Part shown: positions 48,788-61,223 of the stretch, piece after piece
How the letters are laid out: each line of letters opens with the position of its first letter
Position numbering within the stretch: the first letter of the stretch is position 1
Origin: Coniocarpon cinnabarinum
Lineage: Eukaryota
Direction: 5' to 3'
Length of the DNA: 64,000 nt
Assembly (NCBI GenBank): GCA_051942205.1
Contig: JAVECO010000096.1
Location: forward strand, 1 to 64,000
Notes under the pieces: model-generated
Databases searched by the model: none
Seen by the model: only the letters and a program-made list of their open reading frames with translations
What the model was told of the DNA's origin: nothing
Made by a program: the position numbers and the translations under genes

Positions 48788-51700
48788 ATGCGCTGCAGCT
48801 CACCTCGAGGTCCTCTCAGATGGCAGGGTCCGATTTGGTCTCCGACCTTTCGCTACTCAGGCCCTCGAGCCGCCCGCTATAGACCTTTTCCCACGCACTC
48901 TCGTGCATTCCGACCATCTTCTCTAGCCATGGCGGCCCAGACCATCGACGGGACCGCGGTCGCCAAGGGCGTCAGGGAGAGATTGCATGATGACATACAG
49001 AAAGCTCAGCAGCTAAACCCAAGATACAAGCCCACTCTTAGAATCATACAAGGTGTGATCGTACGAACCATAACAAACGCTGTCATCAGGCTGACTGGGC
49101 CCAGTGGGAGCACGGTCAGACTCGAGCACATATGTGCGCATGAAATTAAAAGCTGCCGAAGAGGCCAGCATTGACTCCAAGCTCATCGCGCTGCCCGACG
49201 ACATCTCCGAGGCGGACTTGCTGGAGCAAATTGAAAGGCTCAACAATGACCCTAATGTTCATGGCATCCTGGTGCAGCTCCCACTCCCCAAACACATCAA
49301 CGAGACAAAAGTTACAGCAGCCGTTTCCAACGCCAAGGATGTCGATGGGTTCGGTGCGCAGAACATTGGCGAGCTCGCTCAGCGAGGTGGACGGCCTCTG
49401 TTCGTGCCATGCACACCCAAGGGAGTCATGGTGCTGCTGCAAGAGAGCGGTGTCGATCTCAACGGGAAGAATGCTGTTGTGCTGGGTCGCAGCGACATTG
49501 TTGGAAGCCCTGTCAGCTATCTTCTCAAGCACCAGAACGCGACTGTCACCATCTGTCATTCGAAGACCACGGACATGCAAAAACATCTGAAGGAGGCGGA
49601 CGTGGTTATTGCCGCGATTGGGAAGCCTCACTTTGTCAAGGGCGAGTGGCTAAAGCCTGGCGCAGTGGTCATTGATGTAGGAACGAATCATATCCCGGAC
49701 GAGAGCAAGAAAAGTGGGCAGCGTCTCGTTGGTGACGTGGACTTTGACTCGGCATCGAAGGTCGCGGCTAAGATTACGCCTGTACCTGGCGGTGTAGGCC
49801 CTATGACCGTTGCAATGCTGATGGAGAATGTCGTCAATGCGACGAACGCGTATTTTGACAAGCAGAAGATGAGGAAGACCACGCCCTTACCCTTGGACAT
49901 CAAGTCACCGCCCCCTTCAGATATTGCCATCTCCAGAGCGCAGAATCCCAAGCTCATCAACAAGATTGCCGAGGAGGTTGGCATCGAGCCCTACGAGCTG
50001 GAGCCATATGGCGCGCACAAAGCCAAAGTCGATCTATCAGTGCTGGGCCGACTCGAGCACCGACATAATGGTCGCTATGTGCTCGTTGCCGGCATCACCC
50101 CCACTCCTCTTGGTGAAGGCAAATCTACCACGACGATTGGTTTAGCGCAGGCGCTAGCTGGCCATTTGGGTAGAGTGGCGTTCGCCAACGTACGACAACC
50201 ATCGCAGGGTCCTACCTTCGGAGTCAAGGGAGGCGCCGCCGGTGGAGGATACAGTCAAGTGATTCCCATGGATCAGTTCAACCTCCACCTGACGGGTGAC
50301 ATTCATGCAATTACAGCAGCGAACAACTTGTTAGCAGCTGCAATCGAGACGAGAATGTTTCACGAAGCCACCCAAAAGGACGGGCCGCTCTACAAGCGCT
50401 TGGTCCCAGTCAAGAAAGGCAAGCGGGAATTCCTGCCCGTCATGTTCAAACGACTGAAGAAGCTTGGCATCAGCAAGACCAATCCAGACGACTTGACAGA
50501 AGACGAGATCAACCGCTTTGCGCGTCTGGACATTGATTCCGAAACCATCACATGGAAGCGTGTTCTTGATGTGAATGACCGACATTTGCGTGGGATTACC
50601 GTGGGCCAAGCGCCAACCGAAAAGGGCCTCTCAAGAGAGACGAGCTTCGATATTTCTGTGGCCAGCGAATGCATGGCTGTGCTCGCGCTTAGCAAAGATC
50701 TTGCAGACATGCGCGAACGTCTGGGACGTATGGCGATTGGCACGTCGAAGCGTGGAGACCCTGTCACTGCTGACGATATTGGTGTCGGCGGCGCTCTCAC
50801 CGTGCTCATGGCTGACGCTATTAAGCCCAACCTGATGCAGACACTGGAAGGCACGCCCGTCATGGTACACGCAGGTCCATTTGCCAACATCAGCATTGGA
50901 AATTCTTCCATCATTGCAGATCGGATAGCACTGAAGCTCGCAGGTACAGAGCCTGACGAGAACTATCAGGAAAACGCGGGCTTCGTCGTTACCGAGGCTG
51001 GCTTCGATTTCACCATGGGTGGCGAGCGTTTCTTTAATATTAAGTGCCGAAATTCAGGGCTCGTTCCAGACACTGTGGTGATTGTAGCAACTGTGCGTGC
51101 ATTAAAGAACCACGGTGGTGGTCCAGACATATCTGCGGGCTCTCAACTGCCTGAAGTGTATCGCACAGAAAATATCGAGATCCTCGAAAATGGCTGCGTC
51201 AATTTGAAGAAACACATTGAAAATGCAAAGAGCTTCGGCGTACCCGTAGTCGTGGCTATCAACAGATTCGATACTGACACGGACGCTGAAATCGACGTCA
51301 TCCGTCAAGAGGCGCTTGCCGCTGGTGCTGCTGATGCAGTATCAGCAACACACTTCCCACACGGTGGCGCCGGTGCGAAGGATCTTGGTGAGGCCGTAAT
51401 CAAGTCTTGCAATAGCGAGACTGCTCATAAACAATTTAAACTCACCTATGACCTCGAAGGCAGCATCAAGACACGACTCGAGGCCATTGTCACCAAGATG
51501 TACGGCGGTTCTGCAGTCGAGTTGTCCGAGACGGCACAGAAAAAGATTGAAACGTACGAGAAACAGGGCTATGGCAACTTGCCTATCTGTATGGCAAAGA
51601 CGCAATACAGCCTAAGTCACCACCCATCGTTGAAGGGTGCGCCGACAGGCTTCACAGTACCCATCCGTGATGTTCGCATGGCTGCAGGCGCCGGATATCT

Positions 51701-51809
51701 GTACGCTCTGGCGGCAGACATTCAGACCATTCCTGGCTTGCCGACCGCGCCGGGCTATCTCAACGTTGATATCGATCCTGAGACCGGAGAGATCGATGGC
51801 TTGTTTTAG
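48788..51809 (+). CDS. ADE3: Trifunctional C1-tetrahydrofolate synthase (Ade3/Mis1); ATGs at 48788 and 48929; intron 49053-49104
   Basis: HGILVQLPLP, KDVDG, PCTPKG, VLGRSDIVG, TPVPGGVGPMT, TPTPLGEGKSTT, VHAGPFANI, LPICMAKTQYSLS. Confidence 0.96.
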
Positions 51810-52522
51810 GCCGAGACGAACGATTTGCATTCTTGCTGAGAAAAGTATCAAGCGTGGCGTTAACGGCGCAACAGTATCTTCTAGCCAGGGGGATACACCA
51901 GTAAAAGCAAAGGCACAGAGCATCATATTTAACATGTTAAGATACCCATTCATCTGGGACATAGTATCCGCGCTTCTTACACCTCGAGGATGAGGAGGCT
52001 CATAGAAGCATGAAGCCCATAGAGAAATTTCACGTGGTCTACCAATGTGGGAAAGTTATCATTCAACGACAATGACTCTTCCTTGCTACCTTTCACTGCT
52101 GTTGTGTTAGATTTAGAGGTCGACGTGAGTGGTGGCAAAGGATGTAGGCTACTTCAAAAAGGCAGTGCCACGTTCACATGACACGACAGCCCCTCTCCGT
52201 CATCAGACACCTCTCCAAACCAAACAGCTTCTCAACCAACTCCAAAGGCAGCCGCTCATTCAAATTGCTTCTACCTACACCTGTGCACTCTCGCCGCTCT
52301 CTCATACGCCGGCAATTGTCACAGATTAGTTCTCCTGAGCGCCAATTCTACTACTCGCTGTCAGAGCGCTAATTCACTACCCACCCTCTCCGCGTGATTA
52401 GCGTCACGGACCTGCAATAGCGTTCGACATTGCCTGCGCTTTCTCGGATTCGGCCTTCACACCTTGCTCTTGCCAGACGCCAGCAGTATCACCGCTCTGT
52501 TCAGCCCGCGGAAGCTGCCAAA

Positions 52523-53403
52523 ATGTCTGGCTGGGGCGCCTGGTTCGGTGGAGGGGGTCAGAGGAGCAGCGATACGCCCAAAAATGCTATTCTACAGTTG
52601 CGGTCCACGATGGACATGCTTAGCAAGAGAGAGAAACACTTAAAGAACCAGATGGATGAGCAGGACTCCATAGCCCGAAGAAATGTCAACGCGAATAAAG
52701 CTCGTACGTCACGCTTAGCAATCTCCATGTAGCAGACCTGCGCATGGCTGCCTCAACGCCCAAGCGAACTATCACAACAGAAAGAGCTGACTCTGTATTT
52801 CTTCAGTGGCCAAGGCAGCATTAAGGCGGAAGAAAAACTTCGAACACACTCTTGAACAGACTTCAGCACAAATGATGACTGTGGAAAGAGAAATTGCATC
52901 CATCGAAACCGCCAATATCAACAAGGAGACTTTCGTTGCAATGACTAATGCCAGCAAGGCAATGAAGCAAATCCATGGCAACCTGAACATTGACCGCGTG
53001 GATGCCACTATGTACGTACTCATCATCATATCATGACTCGGGAGATAACATCACGCGTACTTCCGTTCGGCATTTCTCCTGCTAACGAATGTTGAATAGG
53101 GAAGACTTAAGAGAGCAACACGCCATCGGCGAAGAAATCGCACAAACCCTTACAACCGGCGCACAAGCCGACGCGCTGGACGAAGATGACCTTAACGAAG
53201 AGCTAGAGAGCATGCAACAAGAGCAGCTCGACGAGCGCATGGTCGGCGCTGGCAAAGTTCCTGTTGGCGACAAGATCGACAGAGAGCGGCTACCGTCGAT
53301 GCCATCAGCTCCCGTCTCCGCAACCAAGTCCCGGCAAGAGCAGGAGGAGGACCTTGATGAAGAGGAAGAATTGAAGAAGCTGCAGGCGGAAATGGCGATG
53401 TGA
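52523..53403 (+). CDS. SNF7: ESCRT-III subunit Snf7/Vps32; introns 52704-52806 and 53012-53099
   Basis: AILQLRSTMDMLSKREKHL, AKAALRRKK, SIETANINKET, C-terminal EEEELKKLQAEMAM. Confidence 0.95.
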
Positions 53404-54048
53404 GCAAATAGCTTTGTAGGAGACTCGTCAGTTCTCAGTGCATCGCGCATTCGTGTCAGAAACGGAGGACAGACACTCGGGCCTCGATGATGGCGGGAGT
53501 TGTGAGACGGAATGACGGAGTAGGAAGCGGACGACGAAATGCTGAGATGTGATATTCCGATAGACCATGAAGAAGATGACTCGCAAGGCGCTGGGGACTT
53601 GGGTGGATGGCGAAGCCGTTATTGACGTGTAGATCCATACAATCGAAGGACTACTTATTGAACCTGCAGACAGAATGTTCAGCCAGCGACTGAACCTCGC
53701 TGGAGTGTTTTCGCTGCCTCATTGTATTATGTATACGTGAGTCTGGAACGAATATTCAACTGCCAAAGCAACACGCCATCCACCGTCATTACGCCAGACT
53801 GAAAATTTGTTTGTAAGTCCACATGTCGGGTCCCGACATAAAACGACTTGTTAAAAACGTTTTAGTTTCCAACTTTGAAGGCAACTCGAAATTGTGTTTG
53901 AAAATCTATCATCATTCATCGTCAGAGGCCTCGCCATGCTAGCACGCTATTGATCAAGCAGGACATTCAGCGTCATCCACATCCACATCCACATCCACCG
54001 AGGTGCAAAAGAACTTGAGCTCGCCGTCCCCCACAGCCAAGTCAACAC

Positions 54049-54651
54049 TCAACCCTTCTTGGGGAATTTCTTCTCCCCGATCTTATCCCCCCGCAAAATC
54101 ACATTCAACGTCCGCTCAATCGCGCCCAAGATCTTCTGGTCGGGCGCGGCGCTCCCCTTTTCAAACTCCGCAATCACCGTCGGGATGGTGTTGCACTTGG
54201 TCGCGAGGTCCTTTTGCGTCATGGTGGCGCCCTTGTCGTTCTTGGCCTCGCCGCGAGCCTTTTTGATCGCGTCGCCGACTTTGACCCCGACGGTCTTGGG
54301 CTTGACGATGTCGTCGCTGCGGTCGACCTTGGTGAGGTGTTGGCCTTCGACGCGGCCGGTTTGACTCTGTCATCTTCATGTCAGCGAATCATTTGACTGA
54401 GGGGCTGGAGGTGATGCGCGGAACTGCTGTGAAGAGCGTGGGCTTCACAGATGGCGGGAGCGACGGGAGAAGATAGTGCAACATACCGAGTTGGCCGTGG
54501 CAAACTTCTTATCGGTGGCGACGACGCCGCCTTGACGCTGGGCTTGGTTCAGAGCCGCATTGCCACGGATGACGGTCTCACGAGGACCGGCACCGGGACC
54601 GCGAGTCTTGGAGCCGATCTTGGTCACCGAGTCCCACTCCTGGTCGGCCAT
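54049..54651 (-). CDS. MBF1: Multiprotein bridging factor 1; intron 54486-54367
   Basis: [39 protein letters not shown] (HTH), LNVILRG. Confidence 0.95.
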
Positions 54652-55124
54652 GGTAAGAGGCGATGTTGTATCGGAAGATCAAGGCGATGGGAAAGGCAAC
54701 AACTGTGTATGGTTGTCGGGCCTAAACGATCGAGGAATGCGGAGCCAAGAAGATGATGGTAGGTTTGTGATTGCAGTGATAAGTAAAGGGAATCTGTTGT
54801 GAAGGCTGGAAAGTAGAAAGCAACGACGTGAAGCGAAGGAGAAGAGGAAGAGTCACTATTGCAACTGCGGTCGTTTGCTCACCTTTTTGCGCACGGACCA
54901 CCTCTGACCTTGCCCGCCAGAACTTTCGCAGTGCCACAACGCCAAGACCTTCGTTTGCCTCCCTCTGCTCTAGCATTTTGAAATTAGGAGTTTTGTCAGA
55001 ACCACGGCTCAAACAACCAATCTGGGCTAGTCTCGATGGCAAGTTTTGCAGTTCGAAGCCAATTTAACTAACTCACGTGTACTCAATGTATTAGGAGAGC
55101 TATGTATTGCTGAAAGTACAATTA

Positions 55125-56237
55125 CTAGTCCTCAAGACCCAACGACTCTTTTATATCGTCTGCGCTGGACTGCTCCAAGATCTCGTCCATTGACGGTCGT
55201 ACCTTGCATCCGGGATGTGGACATTTGCCGTCGCCTCTTGACAGAATCGATAGCCAACATGAGGCATGCACCATGTGGCCACAACTGACGCCGGGTACTT
55301 GGAATCCAGCGGCGAAGTCTTCGAAACACACCAAGCAAGTGCTGCCCTCGCTTTCAACCGTGCTCATCTTCGCACTCTTGATACTCGTCCTTCTGGCCTT
55401 TCGTCTTGCCTGCTTCAGCATATAGCGGAACTTCATTTGTCGAAAATTGTTGCGCGCACGCGTGAGAGGGTGCTGCACCACAAACCATTCCATAATGGCA
55501 ATACTTGTCTGTCCTGCTTGCTGAACAAGAAGATTCAAGCAGATGTTGTTGTGATACCAGTCCATGGTGAGTCCTTTGAGACTTGGTCCGGGACCCTCGC
55601 GGTAGCCTGTGAGGTGCAAGATCTTGATGACGCCCTTTTTAGCAAGAACCATGGAAGCCATGCCGCTGGCGAACAGGAGTGACTTGACTGAGACAGACGC
55701 TGTGACCTTGACGATGGGGCTCGTGTCCCATACGTCTGCAACATCGAGTGACCCATGATAATCCACATCAAAAGCCATCAGGAACACTTGAATGCCGGTG
55801 GAGCCCAAGAAAAAGGTCACGAAGATCTTGTCCACTTCACGAAGATCCATTGTATTCCGAAACGAGTCCATGGGTGGCAGGGACCCCAGAGCTTTCCCTC
55901 GCATGGTGCAGAGTAGAGCGAAGATAGCTAGTTGGCGCAGTTGATCCCCCAACATCATGGACGCAAATTCTGTCGTATAGTCTTTGCCGAGCTTGTCGCC
56001 GGCCAAACCATGCCATAGTAGCTCCCAGAAGCCTTCGCTTCGTTCGGAAACTGCGGCGAGGACGGCGGAGCTCAGAGCCCACGTGATCCAAACGCTGGAG
56101 AATCGCCAGGCATCAAAAGTCTTGAAGTAAATGAACACCCAATAGAACCATGGAAAGCAGCTAGAGTATTTCCACGTCGTGGACAGAATGCTCACCACGG
56201 CCGATAGGGCAGAGGCTGTGATCGATATGAAGGACAT
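55125..56237 (-). CDS. Membrane protein with a C-terminal RING-H2 finger (putative E3 ligase)
   Basis: 370-aa ORF with several hydrophobic segments and CLVC..CGHMVHASC..CPHPGC (C3H2C3). Confidence 0.7.
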   Translation of the reverse strand: MSFISITASALSAVVSILSTTWKYSSCFPWFYWVFIYFKTFDAWRFSSVWITWALSSAVLAAVSERSEGFWELLWHGLAGDKLGKDYTTEFASMMLGDQLRQLAIFALLCTMRGKALGSLPPMDSFRNTMDLREVDKIFVTFFLGSTGIQVFLMAFDVDYHGSLDVADVWDTSPIVKVTASVSVKSLLFASGMASMVLAKKGVIKILHLTGYREGPGPSLKGLTMDWYHNNICLNLLVQQAGQTSIAIMEWFVVQHPLTRARNNFRQMKFRYMLKQARRKARRTSIKSAKMSTVESEGSTCLVCFEDFAAGFQVPGVSCGHMVHASCWLSILSRGDGKCPHPGCKVRPSMDEILEQSSADDIKESLGLED

Positions 56238-57100
56238 TGGCCGGCCTTTGCGCAGGTGAGGGCGTCGTCAAAGCCGCAATGGTTGTTGTGTGGTGCTGAT
56301 GAGAAGTCGCAATGGCAGTGCTGCTGCCGAGGCGACGATTGGGATTGACGGATGGGCCCGTATGTCACGGAACAGATGCGTTTGCCAAAGGCATGAGGTG
56401 TCCGTTTGGCGTACGGCACAAGGTGGCCTCACCTTGTTTCAGCGTGCGGTTCATCCGCGGGAACCCTAAGCAGCGAGCTAATGAGCTTCTCAGATATCGT
56501 TTGCGAAATCAAATGAGCTACCTGCAACTTGCGCAGCAGCTGTTGCGAACGGTTTCTACGCAGCAGCAATCTTGGTTGTGTTTTCGTTTGGTCCGTTGCT
56601 GCGACAGTGAAGCAACTTGGCGGCAGGCATGAGTCTTGGCATCCACGGATCGGGAGTTGCCCCTTTTCGTCCGGGTGGATAGATCCATCCAGAATCACCT
56701 TCTCCTCACAACAATTTTCGTGGTGATCCTCGCGTGTTTGCATCATGAGCGTTTCTGCTTTCAGCCAACCAAGTGACCAAGTAAATCCGTCCACGCGCAC
56801 GCAGCATGAAGACTGGTCGTCACTCATCACGTGAATGCAGATATAAGTCAAGCGGCACCAGATCGGAGTGCAGAGAAAGCTACGTGTGTATGTTACTGTT
56901 GACTGTGACGGCAGTGATTGATCGTTAGAATCTCTTACAGACCAGACTGTCTACAGTGGAAGAAGGCACTAACGCATGGCAGGGGGAAAGGCGGTATGTC
57001 AAAAAATGCATCAAGGAATCAATGGTAGCTATGCGGGAATAATCCAATATATACAACGAAGCGAATGCTCTCTTGACCAGTGTGAGATGACCGGCTCTCC

Positions 57101-57955
57101 TCATGCAATGTATTTCACGTCCACTTCGGAATCACTTACAATCGTTGTCGTGGTCAAAATCTTGCCATTCTGCTGAATGTCCAATATGTCTGCTCCACTG
57201 ATGCCGACAGTCTGGCTGCCAGCAGTAGCGGAAGCGCCAGTGATGGCAACGCTGCCAAAGTTGGCAAACGGCACGAACCCTCCACCTGAGGAAAAGTCCT
57301 CGACAATCCACTCAGCATTCTGACCGCCCAAATTCGCGTTTGCAGAAGGCGCTGTGAGTGCTTGATTGACGGACTGGCCGGTGCGAGTGTTCGTGAGTAC
57401 TGCTGTGCCCTGGCTCGGGGAGTCGGCAGCGACTGAGACTTCAATTACGTCGCCTGCAGCAGGTGTGAAGCTGTCAAAATCGGTCAAGGGGTTTGGAAAC
57501 CATTCATACCAGCAGTCGTAGGATTTTGCGCCTGACGTGTCGGCAGTGAAGTCGCAGCCGGCCTGCAGAATGGCGTTTGGGTAGGTGTCTCCATCAATTC
57601 CCACCCATGCGGAGGCGCTGTATTGACCAGCGGCCGCGTTTGCCGGGGGCTGTGGCTCGGGGATCGCAAAGGAGCCGACAACCTTGGAGAAAGTGGTGCC
57701 TGCTGGAGGAGAAGTGACTACAGCACCAGCCCAGTTGCCCGAGTATTCGATCTGTCGAGTATCGTTTGATTCCGGGCCACCGAACTGTGGTGCGCTCGCT
57801 GGAGCTGGCGCACGGATCAATGGTGATGGATCATGCTGGACACCCCCTGCGCGACGTGTCAGGCCTGCCGCACGGCGAGCAAGGCGATCTTGGAGGCGCG
57901 AAGGTGCAGCAAAGGTTGCAGTGGCGAGCAGTGCGGTACCTGCGACGGCTTTCAT
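57101..57955 (-). CDS. Secreted glutamic peptidase, family G1 (aspergillopepsin II/eqolisin-like)
   Basis: Signal peptide and propeptide; YSGNWAGAV, SAWVGIDG, ILQAG (catalytic Q), WYEWFP, NAEWIVEDF (catalytic E). Confidence 0.95.
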   Translation of the reverse strand: MKAVAGTALLATATFAAPSRLQDRLARRAAGLTRRAGGVQHDPSPLIRAPAPASAPQFGGPESNDTRQIEYSGNWAGAVVTSPPAGTTFSKVVGSFAIPEPQPPANAAAGQYSASAWVGIDGDTYPNAILQAGCDFTADTSGAKSYDCWYEWFPNPLTDFDSFTPAAGDVIEVSVAADSPSQGTAVLTNTRTGQSVNQALTAPSANANLGGQNAEWIVEDFSSGGGFVPFANFGSVAITGASATAGSQTVGISGADILDIQQNGKILTTTTIVSDSEVDVKYIA

Positions 57956-60038
57956 TGTGTTTTATAACGAAGTGGTTGGATACGAATAGGGAATGACTGG
58001 TGACTATCGAAGAGAGAGACCTGCTCAAAGAACAAAAGAGTGACTCAGTGTCGTAGCTAAATTTGGTGTTCGCCAAACGCTTGGGAAAGAGATCTAAGAG
58101 CTAGCAGAGAGTGGCCAGGTTTAAGTAGGCATTTGGGCCAAGCGCAAGTGGCGAGATCATTCGCAATCAAGTAGCATTAAAGAAACTAGACCTTTCCGCA
58201 AGGAGAAGGACTTCAGCAGCAGTACCTTTGCATGATGAATCTGTACTGCATCCGGTGTACGGTCTTGTGAAGAGGTTGCAGCAGTCATGCGCAGAGGCGT
58301 TGCGCCGGCATCAAAGGCTGTCAAGTTTTGGCGCCGTGAACTAACAACGGTTCCGAGGGTCAGAGAGCAACAAGGCCAGAGCCACTGAGACGAGGCAGTC
58401 CAGTTGCACAGTTTCCAGAAGATTTGCTTGGGGTCAAACTGTAATTTCGGTGCTTGGAACCAACTAGCGGCGGCTTCTATTCCTTTGACTGCAGTGGGCA
58501 GGCATACTAGGTGTACTGCATGCGGATTTTGTTTCAACAACTCGTGCGATTTGAGGTCGTCTCCTGGGCCTCTTGCTGAAATCCAGAGGTGTTCTAGTTC
58601 CATTTGGACAATCCCGTTGGTTGTTCGGACGACAAAGGCATCGCAGGACGTTGTGTGGTTGTAGCTTGGGCGCTGAATCGTATCTTGACATTTCCAAGGG
58701 CGAAGAATCACGCGGCGTCCTCTTTTCCGAGCGATCAGCAAGTTTGGGCGTGGGGTCTGGTCACAGCAGACACGCTACCAACGTTGACAATCTAAGAGCA
58801 GTGACGAATAGCAAAGCCGACATGTGGGTGCCACAGAACCGGCAAAAGTGAAATTTGGTAGCTCTTCCATGTTGTTGGCCGGAGTTGCACGCGCACGGGA
58901 CAGGGCTCAGCTGCTGCAACAATGGCGACGTTAGACCTGCTGCGAACATAGATCTGTCAGCCGTGTCCCAAATACGCTGAATGGTACTTATTGTTGTGTA
59001 TCAGACTCGGCTTGCGACAATGCATTCGTATAAATCATCTTCTGTCAATCTATCCAGTCCGCATCGTCTCGAACGCAGATCATACAGGCGCATGAGGCGA
59101 CCCGCGGAAGCCTTCGTTCATTTATCAAACCCTTCAGCGGAGCAATAGTTGAAGCGCAGCCTCGACAGCTGTCAAGAAAGTCGACCGTCATTGGCGTGGC
59201 CGTTGATTAAGTCTTTTGGCAAAGAAGGATGCTGCAAAAGGATCCACGCAGTCAATTGGGCAGAGGCGCGCGCCAACGTCACGGGGGCAAGCGGTAGTCG
59301 GAAGCCACGCGCCGCGGAGCACCTGAGGTAGGAATGTTGATCGGCTCGTGAAGGTCGGACAGCTTTGCCATGATTGTTGCTCGATGTTGTGCTTGAGGCG
59401 GGCCACGTTGCACTGCGAGCACGGACAGATGACCAGCGTTGCAATCTCGCCGATCGCATGCGTCGGGTCATGTTGGGAGGGGCCAGCGATACAGCGATAC
59501 ACACGCAAGAGATCAGTCAGCCGAGACTGTTCAGCTACGAAGGGAGACCCACAAAACTACGTGGTGAGCAGGCCAGTGCTCGTGTGCGCCGGACGATCAC
59601 GTGACGAGATAAGAGACGGAAGTGCCCCGGCAATGTCATCCACCCTGCCAGACATGGAACCATTCATGGCGTTCCAGCAATCCATTTTCGACAATGATGC
59701 TTGCGTTTTTTGCCAGCAGATCGAGTGAACAGGCCATCACCACGCGTCGATTCAAATGGACTTGAATACGCAAATGAACAATCCGCGGTCATTTCGCTTT
59801 GTGTGTCGAGCCTCAACGAATGCTACTCAGCATGGTCAAGTCGACCCGGGCCGTCAAAGTGTCTCTAAAAGCCACCTGTACCAGAAGCAGTCCACTCCCA
59901 ACTCTGGACAATAGCACTACTTCGTAACAATTGACCATACTTCAACCCTCGCAAGCACTGTCTCAATACTGATACAATCGCAACTCCGCACATTGTCTGC
60001 GTTCAACCCGCAAGAGTAACAAGCTACCGTTGAACAGC

Positions 60039-61223
60039 ATGTTCACCCTCCTTCTTTCACCTTTCTTTCTCTTCTTCATCCCAGCGTTGCTTCTCTTCCG
60101 TCAACGCGCTCGCACTCTCTATGGCTCTACTTCTAAGCATGCTCTTCAGAAAGAAGTCATGCTTCCCTACTCACCCACAGAACTCACAACAACTGATCTC
60201 ATCACGATTGTCGCCAACGTTCTCCTCAAATACATCCCACTCTATGGCGCTCCCCAGCTCTTGAGCACAGACTCTGGCTTCGAGCTACCACACATTCGTC
60301 TCTACGGTCCTATGAAAGTCGACGAAGCCGACACGGCTCTTTTTCGCACTGCCGCGGGTGTCGAACATGACCAAAGTGAAGCCACAAACCCATTTCTTCT
60401 CGTCACACTGACGACGCCTCTTCTTATCACGATTCTCTCGCATCCCGCGTCGCCAATAAAGCCTCTCGGCGCTGTCAACACGCGCAATCGTTTCAAGTTT
60501 CACAACCCGCACCTCTCCTCCTCTGAATCCGATCTCATCAAGGCAAGTAAGAAGGGTCAGCTTGTCTATGTGGCATCGATGGGTGGCGCAGGCCGTCGGA
60601 AGAAGCGCGGGATGGAGTTTAACGTGTCAATTACTGTGTCTCACAACAATGCGCCCGTTCTCACCCAGGAACTTAGCTTCCTGCAATTCCTACCCAAATC
60701 CGCAAAGCCAGCCTACAAGGAAGAAGAGAAGGACACGCAAGAAATAGAAGGCTTAAAAAGTGTGGGACTGACCACCACGAACCATATGGCCGTGCCTGGA
60801 GATGGGCCATGGGCTTACGCCGCATGCAGCAAAGACTACAATCCTATTCACGTTTCCTCCTTGGCCGCCAAATTTTTCGGCTTCAAGAGCGCCATCGCCC
60901 ACGGTAATCATGTCACCGCTTTGATCGTGCAAAACGCAATGGACTCAATGCCTGGTGTGCTGCGAGAGCGCGCGGAAGCGGAAAAGAAAGGCCAGGTCAC
61001 GAGCCAGGAACCTCATGAGCAGGTGGTGTCTTGGTTAGTACCAAAGGGTGAACTCCAGCAGGAGATTGTGCTGGAAGTTGCTTTTGTCAAGCCAGTGACC
61101 CCACTGCCGGCTGACGTTCAGGTGACTTGGGTTGAGGGTACCAAGCCAGCAGGCACGGGACAGAGGGTGGAATTCATCGCGAATCTAGGTGGACGGCCAT
61201 GCGTGGTGGGCAGTGTTGAATGA
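60039..61223 (+). CDS. MaoC-like hot-dog-fold dehydratase with an N-terminal membrane anchor
   Basis: AYAACSKDYNPIHVSSLAAKFFGFKSAIAHG (DxNPIH hydratase-2 motif); N-terminal fold ..PLGAVNTRN; intronless. Confidence 0.8.
   Translation: MFTLLLSPFFLFFIPALLLFRQRARTLYGSTSKHALQKEVMLPYSPTELTTTDLITIVANVLLKYIPLYGAPQLLSTDSGFELPHIRLYGPMKVDEADTALFRTAAGVEHDQSEATNPFLLVTLTTPLLITILSHPASPIKPLGAVNTRNRFKFHNPHLSSSESDLIKASKKGQLVYVASMGGAGRRKKRGMEFNVSITVSHNNAPVLTQELSFLQFLPKSAKPAYKEEEKDTQEIEGLKSVGLTTTNHMAVPGDGPWAYAACSKDYNPIHVSSLAAKFFGFKSAIAHGNHVTALIVQNAMDSMPGVLRERAEAEKKGQVTSQEPHEQVVSWLVPKGELQQEIVLEVAFVKPVTPLPADVQVTWVEGTKPAGTGQRVEFIANLGGRPCVVGSVE

Noticed and set aside
52430..52522. Non-AUG N-terminal extension of Snf7
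   Set aside because: Only an open frame from a TTG; the AAAATG start gives the normal amphipathic MSGWGAWFGG N-terminus.
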